The notes beneath the pieces were generated by a model that was not told where the DNA came from, searched no databases, and was given only the letters and a program-made list of their open reading frames with translations. Shown in pieces: positions 1-13,395 of a stretch of DNA of 64,000 nucleotides. The first letter of the stretch is position 1. Each line of letters starts with the position of its first letter. A program made the translations under genes and the position numbers. This DNA is from Octopus vulgaris (lineage: Eukaryota): NCBI GenBank assembly GCA_951406725.2, contig OX597822.1, forward strand, positions 68,944,001 through 69,008,000, read 5' to 3'.

Positions 1-351
1 AATAAAACAGTAATCAAAGGGGTCCATATGTAAAAAATGGTTGAAAAGCCTGATCTAAAGGAAATAATGGCTCTCAGTATCAGCAAGGCCTTGCCTCAAA
101 TGTTAGAATTCTTGTCTCACAATGACATGCAAACTTATTCATAGCAAAATACAACTCTCACAGTCACTGTCACTACATGGAAAATAATTTTCAAACCTGT
201 ATGCAATACCCTCAAACACTACAACAACAACTTAAAATCATTATCTCTGCCACTTAGCCCAGACGAGCATAAAGAATGCTTACACACAGTAACAGCTGCA
301 ACAATAGCCTGACTAGCTTCATGCACAATGCTGGAATATGCACCACCATTA

Positions 352-536
352 TAGACGTAGGAGTGGCTGTGTGGTAAGAAGCTTGCTTACCAACCACATT
401 TTTCCGGGTTCAGTCCCACTGCATGGCACCTTGGGCAAGTGTCTTCTACTATAGCCTCGGGCTGACCAAAGCCTTGTGAGTGGATTTGGTAGACGGAAAC
501 TAAAAGAAGCCCGTCGTATGTATGTATGTATATATA

Positions 537-583
<47 letters not shown>

Positions 584-805
584 ATATGTTTGTGTGTCTG
601 TGTTTGTTCCCCCAACATTGCTTGATAACCGATGCGGGTGTGTTTATGTCCCCGTAACTTAGCAGTTCGGCAAGAGACCGATAGAATAAGTACTAGGCTT
701 ACAGGGAATAAGTCCTGGGGTCGATGTGCTCAACTAAAAGGCGGTGCTCCAGCATGGCCACAGTCAACTGATCGAAACAAGATAAAAGAGTAAAAGAGTA
801 AGAGT
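352..805 (+). mobile_element. tRNA-headed SINE, family A (dominant family), full length
   Basis: Head with A-box (TGGCTGTGTGG) and B-box (GGTTCAGTCC), internal (TA)/(TG) microsatellite, 3' tail ...CCAGCATGGCC...GAAACAAG..(TAAAAGAG)n; more than 15 similar copies in the window. Confidence 0.9.
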
Positions 806-1842
806 AGAAGGCAGCAACAGTTGCGTTCTGATTGAATAAGCTTTCTCAGCCTTCAATGTGCCAGAATCAACAGACATACAGAAATAGACTGGACACTGGA
901 AAGTGTGCAATATGTTTAGATTGTCACTCTACAACAAATACAATTGATCACAGCATGCCAGAGTGTTTAGAATGGTTCTCAGCTATGTGGAAGTAAGGTG
1001 TAACTAGAAAAACTGGTATAAATTGATTGTCGCATTCAGTAGTTGTGCCAACTACCTGCACGCCATAGGACCACTTGATTAGAACCGATCTCGGGTTACA
1101 CACCAATAACTGACTCTCAGATTTATAAGACATTTAATAAAATTGATGAAATAAATTTATGTGTTGTGAGGAGTAATGTGACCTTGAGAAGAGCCCTGCT
1201 CCAAATGTCAGAATTCTCTTCTTTCCACAACACACTAATTTAACATGTCATATATTTTTTGGTAAATTGCTTTTTTTATAAATTCAAGCTATCACAAATT
1301 TTCTTGGGATCTTATTTTTTCAAAAAATGTTTTCTTATAAATCATTATTTATAGACAAATTCAAAGTTTCATATTTAGAAAGAAAAGGAAAGATTTTTTG
1401 ATTTTTTTGGAAAGAACATTATTCATATAAGTAAAGTGGAAATAGCTCTGCTGGGATAGAAGCAAGTCAAGGTGTTGACAGCCAGAAGCTTACCTCTACT
1501 TTCATATGTGAGTCACCATTTCATAATTATTGATCTCCTTTGATTAGGCTCAAGGCCAACTTTTGTTGGGGGGAAAAAGAAGTATAGTCTTAGTTTTGGT
1601 TTGCTTATATGATTCCATTCATGTCTAGTCAGATACATTATAGAAATGTTAAACTGACTTCAATTCTTGATTGATGCTTTCTGTTTATCAACCCTAGAAG
1701 TGTAAAAGGCAAAGTTGACCTCTGCAGGATCTGACCTTAATGTGAAGAGCCACAACTGACTGCCATAGAATTTTTTTTTTCATACTAATAATCAGGTGAT
1801 TCTAAATGAAATGATCACCACAGAGTTCAGTCCTAATTGCAG

Positions 1843-2176
1843 TATGGTAGTTCAGGGGTTAGAGCATTGGACTCACAATAATCAGGTAGAGAGTTCAATT
1901 CCTGAACTGGGCTGTGTGTTGTGTTCTTGAGCAAGACACTTTATTTCATGTTGCTCCTGTTCATTCAGCTGTAGAAACCAGTTATGATGTCACTGGTGCC
2001 AAGCTGTAGCAGCCTTTGCTTTTCCCTTGGATAACATTGGTGTCATGGAGAGGGAAGGCTGGTATGCATGGGTGACTGCTGATCCCCCACAAACAACCCT
2101 GCCTGGACTTATACCTCGGAGGGAAGCTTTCTAGGCGCAATCCCATGGTCATGAATGACCAAAGGGATTTTTACCT
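1843..2176 (+). mobile_element. tRNA-headed SINE, family C (CORE-like central TTGAGCAAGACACTTTATTTC block), diverged
   Basis: B-box-like GAGTTCAATTCC; homologous to copies at ~45400-45730 (-) and ~56148-56345 (+). Confidence 0.7.
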
Positions 2177-2189
2177 TCTAGCATATGTG

Positions 2190-2630
2190 TGTCAATGACT
2201 CCGAGATTTATGTCAGCAGAATGTAAACTCCTGGCAGGGCCTTCCATGCTAGATAGGTCAAAGGATTGAGGCTAGACTAATATGGATCACCTATTACCAG
2301 AAATAAAATTGAGCTTGCATAGGTCCATCATCTCTACATAGGAAAAAATGCAAATTTACAGAAACATCAATAGCAATTCAAAACCAACAAGGCCTGGGAG
2401 AAGAAGGCCTTCCTTCAGGGAAACACAATGACATGTCTGGCTCTGACCTGGAACTCACAATGGCAGTGGAAGAGAGGATGCCCTAAAAATAGCTGGAGAT
2501 AGGATTTTGCTGCAGCAGCTGAAAAACAGGGATCCAGCTGGAGCAAAACAGAAAAGACAGCCCAGGGTTCAGCACAGTGGAGAGAAGTTGTTGCCGATAT
2601 CTGCTCCACACAGAATGAGGGGCTTAAATG
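2190..2630 (+). mobile_element. Degenerate RTE-clade LINE remnant (ORF C-terminus)
   Basis: Translates ALTWNSQWQWKRGCPKNSWR*...AQGSAQWREVVADICS, resembling the RTE C-terminal pattern ALTWNPQGKRKRGRPKNTW...AQDR..W; internal stop. Confidence 0.55.
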
Positions 2631-3844
2631 AACATATGAAATAAACCTATAAAATACAGATAATTATTTTATTAGTAATTTACAGCTTTACCTTTTATTC
2701 AGAGGGATGAAAGGAAAATTTTTCTTTTGGTAGGATTTATTCTTGGAGTTGGGAGGGAATTAAAGGAAATATTTTTTTAAGTACTTTTTTTTATATCTAC
2801 CATTTCTGCCAACAATTTAGCTTAACTATTCCATAAATATTGTCAGTGATGTAGTTCTTATGATTATCATCAACAGATAACATGATATATTTTACTTGTA
2901 GACTTGAATATGAATTGGTTTATTTTGTCTTGATCTTAAATTAATAAACATCAATTATTCTAAAACATTAAAAGAATAAATCAAGATGCCAGAAGATGAT
3001 ACCAAACACTCAGTTTTTCACTTTTTCAGACTTTGGTAAGAATAAAGAAAGAAAGAATGTGATAAAGAAAGAAAGAAAGAAAGAAAGAAAAGAAAAAAGA
3101 AGTAAAGAAGTTAGAGAGAGAGGGAGAAAACTATATAACTATATATGGTAAAAAAGATCTTCCAAAGCTACCTCAAAGAAAAAAACAAACAAAATGTAAC
3201 AATAGCTTCAGATAATTCATAGAAGTCTTGTTTTGATAGATTCAGATTGATTGGTTCATGATTTTGCGATATAAATCAGTATTTGTCAACCTTTTCTTCT
3301 TCTTTTTCACTGACAGCAACACCCAAGTCATATATCTCAATGTACGAAACACCTAGTTAATTCTCTTTAAGAACTTTTTGACACGTTTGCACTTTATATC
3401 TAAACGTGCAGATATAATGTTTATGTATGAGAGTCAATATTAATGTGACAAGCCCCTGGGACTTGAACAGATGTCTCCTCGATGACACCTTACCGTAATA
3501 ACCAGTGTGCTACATGAATTTTGCTAAATAAGGTTAGTATAGGGGTCATTACCCAGAGGTGTCTGCAAGAAGATGTGAGTCTGAGTTCTACTAAGAGTTT
3601 CCATAAGGCACAGGTATGTCTGTGTGTTTAAGGAGCTTGCTTAGCAAACAGATGCTTTCGTATTCAGTCCCACTGTACAACACATAATGTTTTCTGCTAC
3701 AGCCTCAGTCCTATCAATGCCTTGTGAATGAATTTGCAGATGGAAGCCCATTATATATATATGTGTGTGTGTGTATGTGTGTTTCCTTGTGTGTGTATGT
3801 GTGTCTTTATGTGTGTGTGTGTATGTGTTGGTCCAAACCAATGC

Positions 3845-4238
3845 CTTTACTCTTTTATTCTTTTACTTGTTTCAGTCATTTGCTGGAGCACTGCCTTTAA
3901 TTGAACAATTTGACTCCAGGACTTATTCATTGTAAGCCTAGTACATATTCTATCGGTCTCTTTTGCTGAACCGCTATGTTATGGGGACATAAACACACCA
4001 GCATCGGTTGTCAAGCGATGTTGAGGGGGACAAACACGGACACACAGACATACACACACACACACACACATAGATATAGATATATATATACATACATATA
4101 TACAACGGGCTTCTTTCAGTTTCCGTCTACCAAATCCACTCACAAGGCTTTGGTCGGCCCAAGGCTATAGTAGAAGACACTTGCCCCCGGAACCATATGG
4201 TTTGTAAGCAAGCTTCTTACCACACAGCCACTCCTACA
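3845..4238 (-). mobile_element. SINE family A copy
   Basis: Reverse-complement match to 352-805. Confidence 0.85.
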
Positions 4239-4759
4239 CTTTATGAATGAATTTTAAATGGAAGCCCATAATGTGTTTGAGTGTGTGCGTGCATTTGAGT
4301 ATGTGTGTGTATTTGTGTTTATCACCCCCACACCTCTTGGCAACTGGCATTGGTTTGTTTATGTCCCCATAACTTAGCAGTTCAGTCAACGACATTAATT
4401 GAATAAGTACCAGACTTTACAAAAAAAAAAAGTACTGGTATCCATTTTGGACAATAAAATTTGTTCAATGGGGGTTCAATAAAACCTATCGAAACAATGT
4501 CCCTGCATGGCTGCAAACCAGTGATTGACAGAAGTAAACAATAAAATATCTGTATCTTCCTCTCTCTCTCATTCACTCTCTGTGTGAATATAAGCATTTC
4601 TTCACCATTCATTACTTGTTGAATCTAGTATAAAGGTTTATATATCCTATGTGGCAGGCATGTAGTGTATGAGGTCTGCCTGTCTTTTCTCCTTAAGTTT
4701 AATGTTGAATAATAGGCACACGCTTCCATTATGTCTTCCCCCACTGCCAAGGGAGTAGG

Positions 4760-4960
4760 CACAAGGCCCAAAATTTTTGGGGAGTGGGTGTCAGTTGATT
4801 ACATCGACCCCAGTATGCAACTGGTACTTAATTTATCAACTCCGGAACAATGAAAGACAGAGTTGACCTCAGCGGAATTTGAACTCAGAATGTAAAGACA
4901 GATGAAATATCGCCAAGCATTTCACCCAGTGTGCTAACATTTCTACTAGCTCGCCACCTT
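4760..4960 (-). mobile_element. tRNA-headed SINE, family B (central GTCGACTTTGCCTTTCATCC...GATAAATTAAGTACCAG block, Nin/Deu-like)
   Basis: Homologous to copies at 21628, 28135, 35985, 54068, 60117 and 63865. Confidence 0.75.
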
Positions 4961-4999
4961 GAAGACTACTGCCACACATCAACCAGTAATCCTTTAATC

Positions 5000-5524
5000 T
5001 AGTATTTCTCAACCTTTTTGCCATTGCATAGCCCTTAAAATAAATTATGTCTCAAGGAACCCCTGCACAGAAAAAATTTTTATACCATATCTTTCTCGTA
5101 TTTTTTTCATTGTAGTTCATGTGGTAAATATCATATATATATATATATATATATATGGCGTTAGGAAGGGCATCCAGCCGTAGAAACACTGCCAAATCTG
5201 ACTGGGCCTGATGAAGCCTTCCGGCTTCACAGACCCCAGTTAAACCGTCCAACCCATGCTAGCATGGAAAACGAACGCTAAATGATGATGATGATGATGA
5301 TGATATATATATATATGGTTGTTATATATTTTTGATAACATAATAGGTTAGATAGAATGATGTCTATATTTTATAATATTAGAATAACCAATAATATGTT
5401 GTGCATGTACAGTAATATTACAATCATGAAATTAGCATTAGTTTATCTCACTCTTACACGCTGAACTCCGAGGAATCTTTTGCTGAACCATAGTGTTCCA
5501 GGGAACCCCGGCTGAGAAACACTG
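5000..5524. mobile_element. hAT-type MITE with nested RTE-like tail
   Basis: Imperfect TIRs TAGTATTTCTCAACC / GGCTGAGAAACACTG; flanks CTTTAATC / CTTTAACA (6/8); RTE-like tail at 5157-5303. Confidence 0.6.
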
Positions 5525-6151
5525 CTTTAACATTTTAGCATTTATCCTCTTAACATGCACATTAAAAAAAAATTCCCATGCAAAAAATATATCTTTATAT
5601 TATATATTTTGAATTTGAATATAAGGAAGAATAAATACACAAATTATTTTGGATCAGTAATGATTTATTATGAAGCTACTGATAGGAATGATAGTTACTG
5701 ATCGTTAATGATAGAAAACGGGAATAACATCATAAATGAATTATTTCGGGTTAGAAATAAGTGACAGATACCTCAGAGTACAGCAAACATATATTTTCAT
5801 CCAAATATATATTTACTTGACATCTCTGAGTGAAAATATACGGGATGATATGTTAAGAAGTTAAACCGGCCATATCTGGCCAAAATATTCAGCCCTGTTT
5901 CATCTTCAAACTGGTCAGATCCAGCCTCTTGCGCTTCTCCGGCAATATTATTCTGAAAATAAACAATCATATTATTAAAATCTCAAAGCTACAAGGTAAT
6001 GTATGGCTAATTCAAATCAATGAGAATAAGTAGGCATTACATTAGACAGACAAATCTGAATGCTAAAGGATTGAACTGTATTTCTGGGGTCACATGGAAA
6101 TCCCCTCTGCTTTTATAAAATCTGTTATATGTCACTTTCTTACTTGATATT

Positions 6152-6359
6152 TACTCTTTTACTCGTTTCAAGTCATTTGACTGTGGCCATGCTGGAGCAC
6201 TGCCTTTAGTCAAGCAAATTGACCCCAGAACTTCTTCTTTGTAAGCCTAGTACTTATTCTATCAGTCTCATTTGCTGAATCACTAAGTTACGGGTACGTA
6301 AACACACCAGCATCAGTTGTCAAGCGATGTTGGGGGACAAACATATACCCACACACATG

Positions 6360-6412
<53 letters not shown>

Positions 6413-6950
6413 TTGCGTCAGAAATTAATTAGCACTTCTCAAATTTCTACATTAAATAGGTTAAATTAATTAACCTATGAGCTGTTCAAAACGTCTTACG
6501 CGATGAGAAAACTTAGTATGGTGATTTCGGTCCTTGCGAGGCGCTACCTATATCTATTAAACAAAGGAAGATTTGTCTGCATCCGCACTCCAAGTTGTTG
6601 TTGCACTGCTATGTCAACATCATAAGGCTGTAGACTCTCAAACTGCTCTGCAAACAAAGTTACGTCATCGTTCTGCGCAACAGTGAACTCGCAACAAAGC
6701 AATAGTTCGAGATATGGCCACTAGGTGACAGCACATACCTTGAGTGAAGAGCAAATCAAGGGTGCTAATTAATTTCTGACGGTAGTGTATATATATACAT
6801 ACATATATACGACAGGCTTCTTTCAGATTCCGTCAACCAAATCCACTCACAAGGTTTTGGTCGGCTCGAGGCTATAGTAGAAGACACTTGCCCAAGATGC
6901 CCAGAACCATGTGGTTTGTAAGCAAGCTACTTACCACACAGCCACTCCTA
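6152..6950 (-). mobile_element. SINE family A copy interrupted by a Tc1-like MITE
   Basis: SINE halves at 6152-6409 and 6788-6950 rejoin when the insert is removed. Confidence 0.85.
6410..6787. mobile_element. Tc1/mariner-type MITE (378 bp)
   Basis: 26-bp TIRs CACT(TG/AC)CGTCAGAAATTAATTAGCAC, 2 mismatches; TA at both ends; inserted in a (TA)n tract. Confidence 0.85.
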
Positions 6951-8929
6951 CACAATTTATTGAATAAATTCATTGAGAAAAGAAGCACTATCTTTTGTTT
7001 CCATTTTTTTTTTTGCCTTTGAATCCCTTTGACTCACAATGCTAGCAAAAGAGGAGGTGCAGTTGTTGGTGAAATATAATATATGTTTTCACTAATTTTT
7101 GTTTGTATTTCACAAATGGCTACCATGCAAAATATATATGAAGTGGTGCTGGAGGATCAGTTAATTATAATTTTATGCTAGCATGGCATTAGGAAGGGTA
7201 TCCAACTGTACAAACCATGTCAAATCAGAGTGGAGTCTGGTGCAGCTTTGGTCAAACAGTCCAACTCATGCCAGGATGGACAACAGACATTAAACGATGA
7301 TGATGATGATGATGATTCCCTTCTCAGATCCATGCACTTATTGCTGTAGCCCTTCAGTTTTTCTAAGTCCTGTCGAAGAACTTGGAAGGCTAGGCCTCTA
7401 ACCAAGGCCTTTTGCGATACCCTTAAAGCCAGGAACTTTTCAGTACTCCATTGTATACAGTTTAGAATAAAATTTAGAACATTCTTTTCCATCACAAATA
7501 TTAAAATATCCTGAAACCCTTTGTTAGAACAAAAAAACCCCAAAAAAACAACATTGTTTTCCATCATGAAAACCTAGAAGAAAATTTCTTCTAAGCTGAG
7601 CTCTGTGAATGATGAATTTTCCTTATACACAACAGTGATGGTCCTAAAGCACTGACAGTAATACCTACTGGTGTTTGAGATAATGATGTAAACTTTTATA
7701 AGGTATCTCAATATGTTAGAGATAGCAGCCAAATCTCTCTCAAATAAAACCAAATCTTGTCATCTTAATAAAATGAAGGACTTATTGAATAATGTAGTTC
7801 TAGATAATACACTCACTATAAAAAAAATGGTGCGATTATGACTAGAATGTAGAGAACAGAAAGATATAGGTGATTAACCTTATCCCAATATATTACTGGT
7901 ATTTATTTTGATAATAGGTTGCTTAGATAAAGGTCCTGAAATGCTGGTTGTTGTAGTAATGGTGGTTGTGGAGTTGTTGAAGTGACAGTGGGAGGGAAAT
8001 ATATTTATTGAGATGATTGCGAAGAAGTAGTAGTGGGAGAGGTAAAGAAGAGAGACAGTAGCAATATTGGTGGTGCTTATGATTATGAAGAAGTTGGTGG
8101 CAGTAACATTTCTGATGATGGTGGCGGTGGTGGTGGTGGCAGTGATGGTTGTTGCAGTGGTAGTGTTTGTAATAGTGGTGTGGGAGGTGTTATAATGGTT
8201 CTGGTGGGGATGGTTACATCAGTGCCGAAGAAGACAGTTAGAAGAGTCTTGAAAGCAGTAATGGAGGCGGTGTGACTGTGATGGCGTTGGTTGTGGAGTA
8301 GTATTGAAGAAATTTGACTAATTGCCAAGGTGCTGTGCCTTATCAGCAAAACACACAATTCTTCTTGTGCTTAGATTAAAAAAAAATAGATCAAAGAACT
8401 TGGTTGAATAAATTGCTATTTAGCAAAGATACATCAACTGATATATGTCTTACACTGCTTATGTCTTAGACAGAAGAATAGGATAGACCAATCTGAAGAA
8501 ATAGTAACAACACTATCAAACATTAGTGTGTTTGTATTTTCAGTTGAAAGCCAAGCAAGAATCTTATAAACAAGGAATTGGAGTTGTTGTCAAAAGTGGC
8601 AACATCTCAAAGAGAATGATTGAAAATATTTGCTTGATTTAGAATTTATGATTTTATTTGCAAAATTGGATGAAGGGGGTGGGGGTAAGAATTTGAATTA
8701 TTTATAGTTGAGACTGTTTTGATTTATAAATATATAATTCAAATATAACTATTTGATCTTATTTCTTTTATCATTGTTTTTTTGTTGTTGCTGTTTTTGT
8801 GGTTGTTGTTGTTGTTGTGTTGTCGTCACTTTTTTTTTCCTCTATTTCACATTTATGATTGTTTAACCCAAACTTCTGGCACTTTTTGAAATTATCTTTT
8901 CAAGAAATGAAGTAAATAATTTCTTTTGG

Positions 8930-9290
8930 CTTCAGTCAGCATCATCATCATCATCATCTTCATCACCACCACCATCACCACCACCTTTGCTGTCACTGCC
9001 ACCACCACCACCAGTGTTGCCACCACCGCCACCACCGTCACCTCCACCACCACCACCACCACCTCCTCCACCACCTCCACCACTCTCCTCCTCCTCTGCC
9101 ATCGCCTCTCCTCTCCTCTCCTCCTCTACCCCTCCACTTTATCACTACCATTGTCATCATTGTCAACATCCCACCACAACGACATCAACAATGACAACAA
9201 CAATAACCATTACCATTTTCAGTAACAACTATAACCACCAGTTATCATCATTACTGCTATACCACCATCAACACTGTCCTCACCAATGCC
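8930..9290. repeat. Compound (ATC)/(ACC)/(CTC) trinucleotide low-complexity region
   Basis: Seen directly; source of the poly-Pro/Thr/Val pseudo-ORFs. Confidence 0.9.
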
Positions 9291-10245
9291 ATCAGAAATT
9301 CAATATAATACATAAAAGAACATGAACTTATGGCCTAAATGACCCTAATCCAGTACCTTAACCATACCGCTTTCTTCCTTTTAAAATAGACATCATCACC
9401 ATAACCATCATAATAATCATTTTCAGAATTTGTTTACCCATACTGATGTGGGTTTGATAGGTTTGCGCTACAGTAAATTGCTGTTCATCGCATCTAGTAT
9501 AATCTCATCTGTATGTTTCTGTGTCCTTCTATGTCTTAGTCTTCTTCTATTACTGCTACCAGCTCTTGATAAGATACTCCTTGTTTTAACCTGGCTCTTG
9601 TCTGTTTATTCTATTGTCATTTGTCCAAACCATTGCAGTCATCTTTCCTTTATATAACGACTGATGCCTTTATTGCCCAGTTGCTTTTTCACCTCTTTTG
9701 TCATTCATGAAAGTTAACATTACACATCCAGTAGATCATATTTCAATCATTCTTTTCTAACCTTTGTGCTCGATACTCAAGTTTCACTAACAAGTAGCTT
9801 TACACTACTTTGCATGTCTCATACACAAGGCCATCTTAACAATATTGCAGGCTTCACCAGCAAAACAATGCATAAGATCTTCTGCAGATGCAACCACAGC
9901 AAACACAGATTGGCATTGATCTCCCAAAACCCATGAGGACTCTGGATAACTTCAAAATAGAATTGTTTGTTCTTAGGTAAGAACGTTGCATGGTTTCCCA
10001 TCCTTGAATAACTCTAAACTGTCTGTTAACTAAGATGACCCTTCAAGACTTGAACTGTTAGCTTTACACCTCTACACTGGTACTTCTTTAGAGAAGCTTC
10101 TTTGCCCTTGTAATTTATGATGATGTTGCTATGTCGGTCACTGGATATAATACAATTCTGCACTATCTGATTAACTTAGTATAACTAGTGTAGGCACCTA
10201 TATCAAGATATTTCATTTCAACAGCATATCTAAATATCTTGTTGC

Positions 10246-10667
10246 CAGTGGTGGACTGGTTTACTCTAGGCACAAGGCCTGAAATTTTGGTGGAGGGGGC
10301 TAGTTGATTAGATCGACCCCCCCCCCAGTATACAATAGTTGCCAAGAGACTAAGGGATCCCACCCACAACAACAAGGGTGGGGGCACCTATGACTAGAAA
10401 GAGGATCACTCACAACTACAAGGGGGCCCACCTGCAACTACAATGCTATCATTTAATTTTTCTTTTGTTAAAAGTATTCTTTTCAACTGCCTACAAACAC
10501 AGCCAGGCTGAAATAATTAATGCATTCTTCCGGGAGTGGATAAAAAATTCTCAAACTTGAGGGGATGGGCCCCTTAGATACTGACATGGGCTTCCATATA
10601 TGGATTCTAATGGTACAGGGGCCCACTTGCCATTGGGCAAGTCTGCAACCTGACCAGTCTGCCACTG
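10246..10667. mobile_element. hAT-type MITE
   Basis: TIR CAGTGGTGGACTGG / CCAGTCTGCCACTG (12/14); 8-bp TSD CTTGTTGC / CTTATTGC. Confidence 0.75.
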
Positions 10668-11143
10668 CTTATTGCTGTATTTAAATGGTCTGAGTGTCAA
10701 ATAAAGTGTTTAAACATTTTGATTCCAAACTACCTAAAACTGTCCTTAGTTCTGTGATACATTCTGTTCTGAAGAGATTTGAGTTAAATTCGAAATTTCA
10801 TGTTGATTTATGCACTAAACAACAGCTAAATAATGGCAAAATTAAATTAATTGAAACAAAGGCAGTATTTTTCCACAGGAATATGGTAACGAAAGGGTTA
10901 AGGTAATGTGGCCAACTAATTGAAGGATTATGCCCAAGTGCTTTAAGTTCTGTGATGAAGGGCATAAACATTCTATGTGTTTAGGGACCAGCAAGAAAGA
11001 GGTTGAAGTGTTATGTCTAGATGTTTAAAGCATTAATATTCAGAATGATGTGGTTATGTACACTACCAATTAAAGAGAGAGTGTCAGCCATGATATTTAG
11101 CAAGGACACATTACTATTTCAAAAATACAAAAGGAATATCATA

Positions 11144-12435
11144 CGAGGGGCATTCAATAAGTAATGCCCCTGACCCACTTCCCATTGCAGTAGAGCAACG
11201 AAACTTAGCACAGTTATTAGTATTTTTCTACATAGGAATCACCCAGAGTTACGCATTTCTCCCATTGTTTGATGCAGCTCTGGAGACCGTTTTTGTAGAA
11301 GACCCCAGCTTGGTCCTCCAACAACGACGTGACTTCAGAAATCAAGGCTGCATCATCTGTGAAACGCTTTCCCTTCAGAAACAACTTCATGGCTGGGAAG
11401 AGGTGAAAATCAGAGGGTTCAAGGTCAGGAGAGTATGGGGGGATGGGGAGGAGTTCATAGCCGCACGCCTGTGCTTCTGATCTGGCGACAGGCGAGTTGT
11501 GGACCGGAGCGTTGTCCTGCAGGAGGAGGATGCCTTTTCTGATCTTGCCCCGCCTCTTGATTTTGATAGCTTCTCTTAATTTCCTCAAAAGTGAAGCATA
11601 ATAGGCTCCTGTAATTGTGGTACCCTTTGCCAGGAAATCTGTCATCACTACTCCGTCCTGGTCCCAGAAGACTGTGAGCATGTCCTTGCCAGCGAAGGGC
11701 TGCACCCTTGCCTTCTTTGGAGGAGGTGAGTCACGGTGCTTCCACTGCATTGACTGGGCTTTGGTCTCTGGATCATAGTGATGGACCCAGGTTTCATCCT
11801 GTGTAATCAGTCTTTTGAAAAATTTTGACTCATCTTCTTGGCACATCTCCAAATTCATCCTCGAGCACTCGACGCGTTCTTGCTTCTGGAAAGGTGTGAG
11901 CAACCTGGGAATCCATCTGGCAGACACCTTTTGCATATGCAAATGGTCATGAATGATAGTTTCCACAGACCCGGTACTAATCTTGACCTGATGGGCTATT
12001 TGGCGAATTGTTATGCGTCGATCTTCCAAAATGGCAGCCTCAACTTGACGGACAGATGCCTCATCAATGGCAGAAGGGGGCGACCAGATCTGGGAGCTGT
12101 TTCCACAGAGTTCCGACCATGTTTGAATTCACGATGCCAGGGTTTTACAAGGTCATATGATGGGGCATCATCACCATAAGTTACTTTCATTTCATCAAAT
12201 GTCTCCCGTGGTGTGCGTCCTTCCAAATACAAAAACCGGATCACTGCTCGACACTCAACAGGCTCCATTTCACACTTGACTCAGTTCAAACTCCTGTAAA
12301 TCAGAAACCACAATTATTTCAGAGCTGTAATTTGCCACTTAATCTATAGATATATAAATAATTGCACAGACAAAATTTCAGCTAGATCAAACAACTGCAA
12401 GTGGGTCAGAGGCATTACTTATTGAACGTCCCTCG
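11144..12435 (-). mobile_element. Full-length mariner transposon (1292 bp), irritans-subfamily-like
   Basis: 37-bp TIRs (CGAGGG[G/A]C[A/G]TTCAATAAGTAATGCC[C/T]CTGACCCACTT, 3 mismatches); TA TSDs at 11142-43 and 12436-37; internal transposase. Confidence 0.95.
11217..12268 (-). pseudogene. Mariner DD34D transposase with one frameshift (reconstructs to ~350 aa)
   Basis: HTH N-terminus ending RSGRP; WIPRLL; TQDETW; LQDNAPVH; YSPDLEPSD with exact D34D spacing; adding one base in the G-run at 12076-12080 joins the two ORFs (SGRPPSAIDEASVRQVEAAILEDRR). Confidence 0.93.
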
Positions 12436-12904
12436 TATATATTATAAGTTGTGGATGAATGAAGGGAGATGTCAGAACCAGAAGCGAGGGGGAAGTGACA
12501 TCACATCAAGAAGTAGGGCATTGGAACAGCCTCTTTCTTTGTCAGGACATCAAGGGCAACAAATGTGTGGAAGTGATTATTCAGGGAGGGTAGTTTTTAT
12601 GGCCAGACGTTGAGTTAGTGCACATGTGTGCATACAATTGTTGAGTTCTGTTGATTTTCAGAAGCAAAACTGGATATACTGTTCTGATTTCATCGTGAGG
12701 TCAGAGCATCTTTAGTTTTTGCCTTCATGCTACATAAGTTGTAGGTATAGATGTATGTGTGTGTGTGTGTGTGTGTGTATGTTACAGTGATCTGTCTAAT
12801 ATACATGTTCATGAGAACCACCTTCCATATTCAATAGATTTTATGTGGCTCAATGTAATATTTTTCTGTATATTACTGGGTGATATTTAATATATTTGGA
12901 CGAT

Positions 12905-12998
12905 ACATTATTTACATTGGGCGGATATGTGTCCTTACCTTGTTTGTTGTTATCACAACGTTTCGGCTGATGTACTCACCAGACTTCGTCAGGTGCTA
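12905..12998 (-). mobile_element. 3' fragment of hammerhead-bearing SINE (family H)
   Basis: Minus strand reads CAC-CTGACGA-A-GTCTG...CAGCC-GAAAC-GTT-GTG followed by the shared tail AATGTAAATAATGTA. Confidence 0.75.
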
Positions 12999-13118
12999 GG
13001 ACACAATAACCTCTTAAGCAGATCTAGTGCAGATATGAGTAGCACATGGGAACCAGTATTAAGGAAAGATACAAAAATATTAGGTTTATAAGCCCTAAAA
13101 TTCACTCTATAATATAAA

Positions 13119-13395
13119 GGCATATAGTATAGTGGTTAAGAGCATGGGCTACTAAGCTCAAGATTCCGAGTTCAGTCCCAGTCAGTAGCTTGAGTAAATA
13201 ATAATAATAACATCAGCAAAAAAAACAAAAAAACTTAGAACAGAGTAAAATAAAGGGTTAGGTTTGAAATTCCACAAGGTCACTTGATGAAAGCTGGAGA
13301 GTACCTCAGCTGAAGCGTTGGAATAACAACAAACGAGATGAGGACACATTGTGCCAATGTAAATAATGTACATAATTCCTCATCTCTAAAATATA
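13119..13395 (+). mobile_element. Hammerhead-bearing tRNA-headed SINE (family H), diverged full copy
   Basis: tRNA-like head (TAGTATAGTGG, GAGTTCAGTCC), (ATA)n linker, degenerate hammerhead TTGATGA-A-AGCTG..CAGCT-GAAGC-GTT at 13281-13320, tail AATGTAAATAATGTACATAATTCCTCATCTC. Confidence 0.75.

Noticed and set aside
1181-1211. Hammerhead-like relic TTGAGA-A-GAGC-CCT-GCTC-CAAAT-GTC
   Set aside because: Both core segments are mutated; too degenerate to call
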